The position numbers and the translations under genes were made by a program. A stretch of 64,000 nt of DNA from IMG/VR virus record IMGVR_UViG_3300020429_000539, positions 424,052-488,051 of that record, one strand, 5' to 3'. Within the stretch, counting starts at the first letter, position 1; each line of letters begins with the position of its first letter. Under the pieces are notes generated by a model. That model had not been told where the DNA came from. It was given only the letters and a program-made list of their open reading frames with translations, and did no database searches. Source of the DNA: a virus. Lineage: Duplodnaviria > Heunggongvirae > Uroviricota > Caudoviricetes. This document shows, piece after piece, positions 20,696 through 28,911 of this stretch.

Positions 20696-21572
20696 TGATA
20701 CAGAAGTTGAAAATCAAGTCTTTGGCAGTGATGCAGAGATAACTGCCTACCGTCAGCCACCTGATTCATTAGAATACCTACGAGATTTTGATGCCGTTAT
20801 GCATTGGCATCATTTTCGTGTCAATGAAGAAACGCTTGCTTACATGGATAAATGCAAGTGTGTTGTTCGTTTTGGAGCGGGCTTGGATAACGTAAACCAG
20901 GAACTCTGTAAGCAACGAGGTATACAAGTATTCAATGTTCCTGACTATGGCGTAGATGAGGTTGCTGACCATACTCTTGCTTTGATTCTCGGTCTCTCTC
21001 GTAGTATTGTAGCGCATCAGAATGACCATAGAGCGTGGGTTGACCAATACGAGCAGCCTAATATACGCTTGCAGGGCAAGACCGCAGGTATTGTTGGTCT
21101 TGGACGAATCGGCTTGGCTGTAGCTCGGCGATTGCAGGCCTTTGGAATGAACATCTTGTTCTATGACCCGTACGTCGAAGAGGGTATCGAGAAGAGTCTT
21201 GGTTTTCAGAGAACAAATAATCTAAGCAAGATAGCTGCTGTAAGCTCAGTTATCACGTTGCATGTTCCTCTAACAGAAGAAACTCATCATATGATCAATG
21301 ATGAGTTCTTACATTATGTAAACAAGGCTCCTATATTTGTCAATACTTGCCGAGGCGGTGTTGTGGATTATGATGCTCTTATTGAGGCTCACAAGGCGGG
21401 GAAGTTTCAGGGTCTAGGTATAGACGTATTCGAGACGGAGCCGCCTACAAATTTGTATAGAGACAATCGCATTATATATACGCCTCATTCTGCTTTTTAT
21501 TCAGATGAATCTATTGTCGAGCTTCGCAGTAAAGCGGCGAGAAAGTGTTTGCAATGCCTGAAAAAACTCTAA
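20661..21572 (+). CDS. D-isomer-specific 2-hydroxyacid dehydrogenase (CtBP-like)
   Basis: NVPDYGVDEVADH, GLGRIG, NTCRG, DVFETEP, TPHSAF. Confidence 0.92.
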   Translation: MLKVVIPDHIVDDTEVENQVFGSDAEITAYRQPPDSLEYLRDFDAVMHWHHFRVNEETLAYMDKCKCVVRFGAGLDNVNQELCKQRGIQVFNVPDYGVDEVADHTLALILGLSRSIVAHQNDHRAWVDQYEQPNIRLQGKTAGIVGLGRIGLAVARRLQAFGMNILFYDPYVEEGIEKSLGFQRTNNLSKIAAVSSVITLHVPLTEETHHMINDEFLHYVNKAPIFVNTCRGGVVDYDALIEAHKAGKFQGLGIDVFETEPPTNLYRDNRIIYTPHSAFYSDESIVELRSKAARKCLQCLKKL

Positions 21573-22300
21573 AACAAAAACTTGCCAATAGGGAAAAGCT
21601 CGTCGGAACATGGAGCGTTATTCCTTCGCCCGTTGTAGCTGATGCTCTAGCTTCGTACCTGGACTTCGTTATACTAGATATGGAGCATGGTCCAGTTAGC
21701 TTTGAAACAGCACAGAACATGCTTATTGCTCTTCAGTGTAAGGGCTGTCACGGAATGATTCGTGTTCCTGATTACTCGGAATCAAATATACTGAAAGCTT
21801 TTGATATCGGCGCTGAAGGCATTATTGTTCCTCAAATCAAGCAGCATGATGCAGTTTGGGATATAATTAGTCGCTCTAAATACCCTCCCGCAGGTTGTCG
21901 AGGGTTATCTCCATACACCCGCGCGGGACGCTATGGCTCTCGTGTTGATCATATGAGTAAATCAAATGAAGAATCTGTAACGAGTGTTATCATAGAAAAC
22001 AAAACTGCTTTGGATTCTCTGGATTATATCATCAAGGATCATACAGTAGAATTAATCTATTTTGGTATCTACGATATTTCTTTGGCCCTTGGTCATCCTG
22101 GCGATATTTCGCATAAGGAAGTTAGAGACACAATAGAACAAGGTATCAAAAAAGTCGCTGATGCTGGTATTTCTGTAGGGGGATTTGTTCATACCAAAGA
22201 GGAGATGGATATGTATGGCGATATAGGTATGAACTTTTTTGCTTATGGAGTTGATGCTCACATCTTACAGAGAGGCTATGATGGCTTACAAGGGAATTAG
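21554..22300 (+). CDS. HpcH/HpaI pyruvate aldolase family
   Basis: ILDMEHG, IRVP, KYPPAGCRG, IIENK, GIYDIS. Confidence 0.9.
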   Translation: MPEKTLKQKLANREKLVGTWSVIPSPVVADALASYLDFVILDMEHGPVSFETAQNMLIALQCKGCHGMIRVPDYSESNILKAFDIGAEGIIVPQIKQHDAVWDIISRSKYPPAGCRGLSPYTRAGRYGSRVDHMSKSNEESVTSVIIENKTALDSLDYIIKDHTVELIYFGIYDISLALGHPGDISHKEVRDTIEQGIKKVADAGISVGGFVHTKEEMDMYGDIGMNFFAYGVDAHILQRGYDGLQGN

Positions 22301-22925
22301 ACATCGCAATCTAATCATAGTCGGAGCGGGTAAGACTATTGTAGACAATGATTCGAAGCTAAAAGATTTCATTGTAGATAATGATTGTAAGGTCATCGGC
22401 ATCAACTACATGACCAATTTTTGTCATCCCGACTACCATCTATGGACCAATCGTCAGCGACTAAAAGCTTTCGGTCAATGTATAGATGCTGCTAAGTCAA
22501 GATTGATGTTTAACTACCGCATGCCAAAAGACATTATTCGACGCTTCCATAAAGGGCCTTATATCAAAGTGGTCTATTCTGATGATGACCGTTTCGCTGA
22601 GCGATTTGCAATACGCGAAGACCATATTAAGGGCCGATTCAGGACAGCGGGCGTTCTCGCGATAGCGATTGCGCATCTCATGGAGGCAGAGAATATTTGG
22701 GTTGCAGGTATGGATGGGTATACGCTTCATGCCCACGATGATGTTCAATCAGGCAAAGCGACGCAGCATTGTTATGGGACAGGTCATACAGACGATGTTT
22801 CGTGGGAAGACGGTGCTGCGAAGGACGCGGCAGTTCAGTCATGTTTAGATAACTTATCAAAGTATGTCAGTTTCAAAATAATCACACCCACGAAGTTTGA
22901 GAACCACTATGCAGGAATACTATAA
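22278..22925 (+). CDS. Maf/DUF115-like fold protein
   Basis: IIVGAGKT...IGIN...TAGVLAI...IWVAGMDGY. Confidence 0.55.
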   Translation: MMAYKGIRHRNLIIVGAGKTIVDNDSKLKDFIVDNDCKVIGINYMTNFCHPDYHLWTNRQRLKAFGQCIDAAKSRLMFNYRMPKDIIRRFHKGPYIKVVYSDDDRFAERFAIREDHIKGRFRTAGVLAIAIAHLMEAENIWVAGMDGYTLHAHDDVQSGKATQHCYGTGHTDDVSWEDGAAKDAAVQSCLDNLSKYVSFKIITPTKFENHYAGIL

Positions 22926-23544
22926 GAACTGGTGTTTTGACTTCGATGGAGTTATTCTTGATTCTAACGGCGTCAAACACGCATCGTTTTTGCAAGTTTG
23001 CCAGAAGTACGAGCCCGAGCATGCCTATGCTATGTTAGAAGTATTTAAGACTAATAGCGGCAAGTCGAGGTCTAAGATCATCGAAATAGCTGAGTCTGAA
23101 GTCGTAGGTCGTCCTATCGATAAAAGCGCTATCGAGCAAGAGTATTCTATATTATCTGACGAGCTAACTGCGCAATGCAAAGAGACAACCGGGCTTCGAG
23201 AATTTCTTGATTCCATACCAAGAGATTGTAATAGGTTCATTATAACTGGTTCGGGTCAGATAAAAACAACTCAGATGTTAGGCGACAGAGGATTGTTGCC
23301 TTATTTTGATGCGGTTTATGGGGCTCCTGCTTCCAAGGTTGATGCATTCGCGAATTTACAAGTCAGAGGTTTTTTGGATGAGCCAACTGTGTTTATTGGC
23401 GATAGCAGATACGATTATGAATCATCAGTAGGGTTCAATGTGGATTTTGTATTTATGAGCGACTTCACAGGGTTTGATAATTGGAAGTCGTTTTTTGACG
23501 ATAAGAGTTGTAAGGTTATTCGCTGCCTTAGAGACCTGATGTGA
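22909..23544 (+). CDS. HAD family phosphatase
   Basis: FDFDGVILDS, FIGDSRYD. Confidence 0.9.
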   Translation: MQEYYKNWCFDFDGVILDSNGVKHASFLQVCQKYEPEHAYAMLEVFKTNSGKSRSKIIEIAESEVVGRPIDKSAIEQEYSILSDELTAQCKETTGLREFLDSIPRDCNRFIITGSGQIKTTQMLGDRGLLPYFDAVYGAPASKVDAFANLQVRGFLDEPTVFIGDSRYDYESSVGFNVDFVFMSDFTGFDNWKSFFDDKSCKVIRCLRDLM

Positions 23545-23554
23545 GGAGCATACT

Positions 23555-24397
23555 ATGAAAATAGCAGTTATTGGACATGGATATGTCGGAAAGGCCATGG
23601 CCGAGTTTTTTCAAGACCACTATGATCTCGTGGTAGTCGATACCAAATTCACGGGACCATCTTCAGTCAAAAACGAAGAGTTTGGTCGCAATCATCTATT
23701 TACTAATGATTTATGTGCTGCGAATGGCTGTGACTTGGTTGTTGTTTGCCTGCCTACCCCTCGCAGCGATGATGGCTCTTGTGATACGAGCCTAGTGGAA
23801 TCGGCTATTCGTGACATCGATGCTGAGTTATTCCTTATTAAGTCAACGATCGAGCCAGGCACTACCGACCGCCTTAAAGAGGCAACTGGTAAGCGTATTG
23901 TTTTCTCACCTGAGTATTGTGGCGAGTCTAAATACTGGACAGAATACAAGTTTCATACTGATGTCAAAGAGACTCCTTGGTTTACTTTTGGTGGCGACCC
24001 AGAAGATACTGAGGCAATGGTTCGCTTCTTCATCAAGGTTGTTGGTCCAACAAAGACATACCACCAGACTGATACCCTTACTGCTGAACTCGCAAAGTAT
24101 GTTGAGAATACTTTTTATGCTATGAAAGTTACGTTCTGCTATGAAATCAACGAGTTGTGCGAGCGCATGGGTGTGGATTACTACAAGCTGCGAGAGGCAT
24201 GGCTTCTTGACCCGCGACTGAGCCCAATGCATACAGCAGTATTCCAAGAGAGCGAAAAGCCTTTCGGTGGGAAGTGCTTCCCTAAAGATGTGTCTGCAAT
24301 TGCTCGATATGCTGAGAAGCTGGGTTATGATGCTAAGCTGATTCAGGAAATTTTGTTGTCCAATGACCGTATTGGAGAGCTTCGCAAAAATCGCTAA
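23555..24397 (+). CDS. UDP-glucose/GDP-mannose dehydrogenase family (short form lacking C-terminal domain)
   Basis: IGHGYVG, KSTIEPGT, FSPE, AELAKY, FGGKCFPKD. Confidence 0.9.
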   Translation: MKIAVIGHGYVGKAMAEFFQDHYDLVVVDTKFTGPSSVKNEEFGRNHLFTNDLCAANGCDLVVVCLPTPRSDDGSCDTSLVESAIRDIDAELFLIKSTIEPGTTDRLKEATGKRIVFSPEYCGESKYWTEYKFHTDVKETPWFTFGGDPEDTEAMVRFFIKVVGPTKTYHQTDTLTAELAKYVENTFYAMKVTFCYEINELCERMGVDYYKLREAWLLDPRLSPMHTAVFQESEKPFGGKCFPKDVSAIARYAEKLGYDAKLIQEILLSNDRIGELRKNR

Positions 24398-24409
24398 CGG
24401 GAAAAGCGA

Positions 24410-25099
24410 ATGTCCTGTCTTGAACTTGCCAAAAACATTGTTGTAGCAGGATATCCAAGATCAGGTACAAGCTGGCTAACCCGCTTGATCGCAGACTCTC
24501 TGCGATGCCCCATCAACTCATACTATAACGGCAACAGGTTATGCTATAAGAATTCAGATGGCTTTGCTAATGATGTAAACCAGTTGGCTAGTTGTGTCCG
24601 TATAGATTATGCTCTGATGAAAACTCATTGCCATCCTCAAGTTGTGTTTACTGAAAACTCTGTTTTTGAAGCTAGTCGAGAACTAACAGTATTTATACAC
24701 AGAGACCCTCTTGATGTGCTGGTATCTTGCATGCATTACTATAACACATCATTTGAAGATATGCTTCATAAAATGCAGCATGGTTACAGAGAAGTTTCAG
24801 GTTTTGATTATATCAGATATAGAAAAGACTGGTTATCCGAAAAGGTCATAGCAACTACTTATGAGAAGCTTTTGCAAAAAACAGACTGGGAGTTGCTTGC
24901 AATCATTCACACTTTAGGATTTGTTGAAACTACGCTTGATGATGTTCAGAATGCTATTGAGCAACAGAGCTTTGCTTTTAAGAAAGCTTCAGGTATCAAT
25001 GCCAACCATTACCGAAAAGGACAGATAGGTTCTTATGTTGATGAGTTGTCAACAGAGCAAATCAATCGTGCTAGATGTTTTCTAGGTAAATATTCATGA
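24410..25099 (+). CDS. PAPS-dependent sulfotransferase
   Basis: GYPRSGTSW (5'-PSB), HRDPLDVLVS (3'-PB), YRKGQIG. Confidence 0.88.
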   Translation: MSCLELAKNIVVAGYPRSGTSWLTRLIADSLRCPINSYYNGNRLCYKNSDGFANDVNQLASCVRIDYALMKTHCHPQVVFTENSVFEASRELTVFIHRDPLDVLVSCMHYYNTSFEDMLHKMQHGYREVSGFDYIRYRKDWLSEKVIATTYEKLLQKTDWELLAIIHTLGFVETTLDDVQNAIEQQSFAFKKASGINANHYRKGQIGSYVDELSTEQINRARCFLGKYS

Positions 25100-26769
25100 T
25101 TCTCGGAATATTGCCACACGGACATGACCAGAACGTTGCCCTTTTGGACGACGATGGCTGTCCTGTAACAGTTTACGAATGGGAAAGACTGTTCGGCGAA
25201 AGGTATTGTCTAAGCTATAGTCCTTTTTCTTATAACTCTATGATGACAGAGTATCCGCGAAGCAAGCATATGCGACAAGCGGATGCGTTTGTAGATAGAA
25301 CAGTTGATTTCTGGAATACGTATGCTAAAGACATAACTGCTGTGGCCCTATGCGCTACGGTCTTTGTCAAGGACCATTTATACATAGAGCATTGCCGCTG
25401 TCTTCTTCGAGTTCTACGGGAAAGATATGGTAATCATATACCGCAGCATCCGGTTTTGTTCAACCATCATGAGTGTCATGCATCGCTTGCTTTTTATGGT
25501 TCGCCCTTTGAGCAAGCTAAAGTATTCTCATATGATGGAACAGGTAATGATGGATTTACCAAATTCTATCATATGTCAGAGAATACGATAGACCATATCG
25601 CTGGCTATAAAGGCAGGTTTGGTCATTCTTATGATCTGCTTGGTCGCCGCATTGGTGATTATGATGAGTTTTGGCCTGTTCCTGCTATTTCAGGCCGTCT
25701 TATGGGCCTAAGCTCATACGGTAAGCTTGATGATAAGCTTTACAAAGAGGCCAAAGCGTTTTTTGAGTTTGTTTCGGAATACGTATGGCTTAATCCTCGC
25801 GGCTGGAAAGAGTTAATGGTGGAGTACGCTAAGTATAGCAAAAGCGATCAACCACACCTGTATCATCTTGGGCCATCAGACGGATGGTTAGCAAAGAACT
25901 ACGTACATAGTTTTCAGCAAATGTGGACCGATAGAGCCATTGATCTTATCAAGCGTCATCTTGCAAAAAACGAGCCGTTATGTGTAACAGGTGGTTGTGC
26001 CATGAATGGTATAACTAATCATGCTATCTTCAAAGAAGTATCAGACAACATTTACGTTCCACCAAATCCAGGTGATTGTGGCCTTGCGCTAGGGGCGGCT
26101 TTTGCATATCGCCAATGGTTTGAGCAGAAGCCACGTAAATATTTTGGACCTCTAAACCCTTATATCGGCGCACCTATCTTGGATATCAAAGATATTCAGA
26201 AGTACCGTGACCGAGATGACTACAAGGGTAAGGTAACTATCAGAGAGATAGCAAAGCATATTGCGAATGGCAAGGTTTTTGGAGTTATTCAGGGAAATAG
26301 CGAAATAGGCCCCAGAGCGTTAGGCAATCGCTCGATTCTTGCAGATTGCCGCAAGAAAGATATCAAGGACCGTTTGAACAAGGAAGTCAAGTTTCGAGCC
26401 TGGTATAGGCCGTATGCGCCGGTCGTGCGACAGGAAGATGTAGATAGGTATTTTGAGTTCAATGCCGCTTCTCCATATATGTCGCAGGTTGTGAAAGTAA
26501 AAGATAAAGTGAAAGACAGTATCCCCGGCGTGACTCATGTCGATAATACAGCAAGGTTGCAGACAGTTACAAGACAACAGCATCGTTGGCTCTATGACCT
26601 GCTAACCGAGTATGAAAAATCTGTAGGTGTAGGAGTACTATTGAACACTTCGTTCAATTCAAGAGGACGACCGATGGTCACAAAACTCAAAACTGCTTTC
26701 GATACTTTGGACTCTACGGGACTAGATGGAGTGATTGTCGAAGGGAATGAGTTGTGGCTAAAAGTGTGA
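25096..26769 (+). CDS. Carbamoyltransferase (NodU/CmcH family)
   Basis: HHECHA, DGTG, GGCAMN, GDCG, EIGPRALGNRSIL, LNTSFN. Confidence 0.93.
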   Translation: MILGILPHGHDQNVALLDDDGCPVTVYEWERLFGERYCLSYSPFSYNSMMTEYPRSKHMRQADAFVDRTVDFWNTYAKDITAVALCATVFVKDHLYIEHCRCLLRVLRERYGNHIPQHPVLFNHHECHASLAFYGSPFEQAKVFSYDGTGNDGFTKFYHMSENTIDHIAGYKGRFGHSYDLLGRRIGDYDEFWPVPAISGRLMGLSSYGKLDDKLYKEAKAFFEFVSEYVWLNPRGWKELMVEYAKYSKSDQPHLYHLGPSDGWLAKNYVHSFQQMWTDRAIDLIKRHLAKNEPLCVTGGCAMNGITNHAIFKEVSDNIYVPPNPGDCGLALGAAFAYRQWFEQKPRKYFGPLNPYIGAPILDIKDIQKYRDRDDYKGKVTIREIAKHIANGKVFGVIQGNSEIGPRALGNRSILADCRKKDIKDRLNKEVKFRAWYRPYAPVVRQEDVDRYFEFNAASPYMSQVVKVKDKVKDSIPGVTHVDNTARLQTVTRQQHRWLYDLLTEYEKSVGVGVLLNTSFNSRGRPMVTKLKTAFDTLDSTGLDGVIVEGNELWLKV

Positions 26770-26792
26770 AAAGTATAAGAACCTAAGCAGAG

Positions 26793-27146
26793 ATGTCGAT
26801 AGAAGTGAAACAAAGGCAGCAAGTTATGCCCCGTCGTAGACAGCAAATCCCAACAGTATTTCCGTATGAAGTAACTGATATCATCAAGATGGATGATATC
26901 TATACGGTCATCAATTATGTTCAGCTTAGCCGTGAAACTTGCAAGTTCGTGGCAGACAAGACCGATGCATTGACAATGCAGACTTTGCTCAAGGATGTTG
27001 AGATGTCATTCGATACAAAGTCTCATGAAAATGGCGTTCAGTTCACTGTCTTCCCTCCTCCCGAGCGAGAGGTCCCCGAAGAACAGATTATATTTGCTGA
27101 TGAAGATTTCCCGGATGAAAAGATTGAGCCGGGTCAGTGTTTCTGA
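26793..27146 (+). CDS. Hypothetical protein
   Basis: Fills the gap in a co-directional gene array; acidic tail. Confidence 0.6.
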   Translation: MSIEVKQRQQVMPRRRQQIPTVFPYEVTDIIKMDDIYTVINYVQLSRETCKFVADKTDALTMQTLLKDVEMSFDTKSHENGVQFTVFPPPEREVPEEQIIFADEDFPDEKIEPGQCF

Positions 27147-27213
27147 GCATCAGGTTTGTAGTTCTACTTGAGTAGGATGCTTGATGTTCTTGGTTATAGT
27201 ATAGGATATTCCA

Positions 27214-27618
27214 ATGGAACCTATTCGTCGTGTTGCAAGCTTCCTCGGTCCACGAGGAGAGCGTGTTGAGGCTCTTATCGCAATCAATCCTACAACTCTC
27301 GAAGACTTGAATGCCGAGAGTCTCAAGGAAATGGGGAGTAGCGAGCCTGCTATTGTATATGCTGGTGTTGCTACGCTAATGTCAGCTATCCCTACGCCGC
27401 AAGGCCCTGTGCCTGCGATTCCTAACGAGATTCGTTTCCCGATTATCGCAGACGATCTCGAAACCGCAATTTCACAGTACGCTGATGAATTGCAGTCGTT
27501 CATTGATAACCTCAAGAAGGAGCAGGAGCAGGCGCAGCAGAAGCGCGCAACTGAAGAACTATATGTTCCAAGTCCTGCTGAGTCTGAGGCTATCAATAAC
27601 CTCAAGATTTCTGACTAA
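27214..27618 (+). CDS. Hypothetical protein
   Basis: AGGA RBS, protein-like composition. Confidence 0.65.
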   Translation: MEPIRRVASFLGPRGERVEALIAINPTTLEDLNAESLKEMGSSEPAIVYAGVATLMSAIPTPQGPVPAIPNEIRFPIIADDLETAISQYADELQSFIDNLKKEQEQAQQKRATEELYVPSPAESEAINNLKISD

Positions 27619-27636
27619 TTACAAGGAAATCGAGCT

Positions 27637-28038
27637 ATGAAGCAGGAATATGAGCGCGTTGTTCGTGTAGTGTGTGGCGATGATTGGTGTGGGCAGCATA
27701 AGACGCCGGATGAGAAAGATGGCGGCTTTGGCATCGCTATGGTTCTTGCCTTTCTTAGAGGCACACCAGCAAGGTTGGCTGAGCTATCTAAAGAGATAGA
27801 TGTTCCTCATTACGTTATTGAAATACCATTTAGGCGATTGCATTTGAATGGTATCTTCAATGACTGGTCATGGGTTCTTACCGAACCTTTGTTGAAGGGT
27901 GAGAGTAGGTCTGCTGATGATGCTCATAGAGCGATGTTGATATGGTGTCATATTGCAGGTTTGTCCAGTGGGTTTACTGGTAAGGGCCTTACTCGACCAG
28001 AACTCTCTGAGAGGAAAAAGCATAGAAATGACTCCTGA
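27637..28038 (+). CDS. Hypothetical protein, possible winged HTH
   Basis: AAGGA RBS; LAELSKEIDVPHYVI HTH-like segment. Confidence 0.55.
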   Translation: MKQEYERVVRVVCGDDWCGQHKTPDEKDGGFGIAMVLAFLRGTPARLAELSKEIDVPHYVIEIPFRRLHLNGIFNDWSWVLTEPLLKGESRSADDAHRAMLIWCHIAGLSSGFTGKGLTRPELSERKKHRNDS

Positions 28039-28570
28039 ACGTTCTATAGCAATTGCCTTTATCAAGCAGTTTCGTGAGAATATGGACGATATGTTGCGAC
28101 CATTAAGCGAAGCTGCTGATAGAGAGAGGCATTTGGAAGAGAGTTTGGAGCCATATGTTGCTTATCAGCTTGGCGTTAGCGAAGGAAGCGTAGACGAAGA
28201 ATTGCTAGAGAGCATCAAGAACATCGTTCTAGCTGTGAGCGAGTCCTTGATTGAAATTCAGGCTCCCTTATATGAAAAGCTTTTGACTACGATAGTTAGC
28301 GATGTGATGCATGATATCGAAGTTCATTTGCGAGAGAACTATAGTCAGGAAGACTTGGAGTTTTTCGCAGAAATAGTGAATGACGAAAGAATGCAGAGGC
28401 TTTTGGGCGACAATGGTATTTTTGGCATGTTGCGCACTGCGCATGGAAATGCAAAGAAAGAACTTACTGCATGCACTTTGAATTTTCTAAATGATGAAGA
28501 TGGCTTTTCGCCAACGATGATGGACTACATGCTGAAGTTTGGATTAGGGCGTAAGCCCAAAGATTCGTAA
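28028..28570 (+). CDS. Hypothetical helical protein
   Basis: Start moved to MTPERS; overlaps upstream stop. Confidence 0.6.
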   Translation: MTPERSIAIAFIKQFRENMDDMLRPLSEAADRERHLEESLEPYVAYQLGVSEGSVDEELLESIKNIVLAVSESLIEIQAPLYEKLLTTIVSDVMHDIEVHLRENYSQEDLEFFAEIVNDERMQRLLGDNGIFGMLRTAHGNAKKELTACTLNFLNDEDGFSPTMMDYMLKFGLGRKPKDS

Positions 28571-28596
28571 TGCCGATACATAAGGAGAAACAAGGT

Positions 28597-28836
28597 ATGG
28601 CAGCAAAAATGCGTATCAATAGGCGTATTGTAAACAGCAAGAGGCACACCACTGGATACATCGTAACTGGTGGTCGTCGTATTACTCGTGCCCAGGCTGT
28701 TCGTATGGCTCGCAAGGGTGAGCTTTCTGGCGTTCGCGCTATTCAGGGCAATGGAGTGAGTTACATTCAGTCCACCACCAACCGCAGTTTGTATGACCTC
28801 CCTATCGAGGTTGACGCGGGCGGACGCCGCCGCTAA
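28597..28836 (+). CDS. Small basic protein (DUF3892-like)
   Basis: TAAGGAG RBS; TGY...TRAQAVRMARKGELSGV...YIQS...LYDLP. Confidence 0.6.
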   Translation: MAAKMRINRRIVNSKRHTTGYIVTGGRRITRAQAVRMARKGELSGVRAIQGNGVSYIQSTTNRSLYDLPIEVDAGGRRR

Positions 28837-28855
28837 TCAAGGCGGGAAGAATCTG

Positions 28856-28892
28856 AAACAAGGGGAGTGACTGTTTGTCGCTCCCCTTGTTT
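28856..28892 (+). terminator. Intrinsic terminator-like hairpin
   Basis: AAACAAGGGGAGTGAC-TGTTT-GTCGCTCCCCTTGTTT inverted repeat. Confidence 0.7.
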
Positions 28893-28911
28893 ATTGGTCG
28901 ATAGGAGAGAG

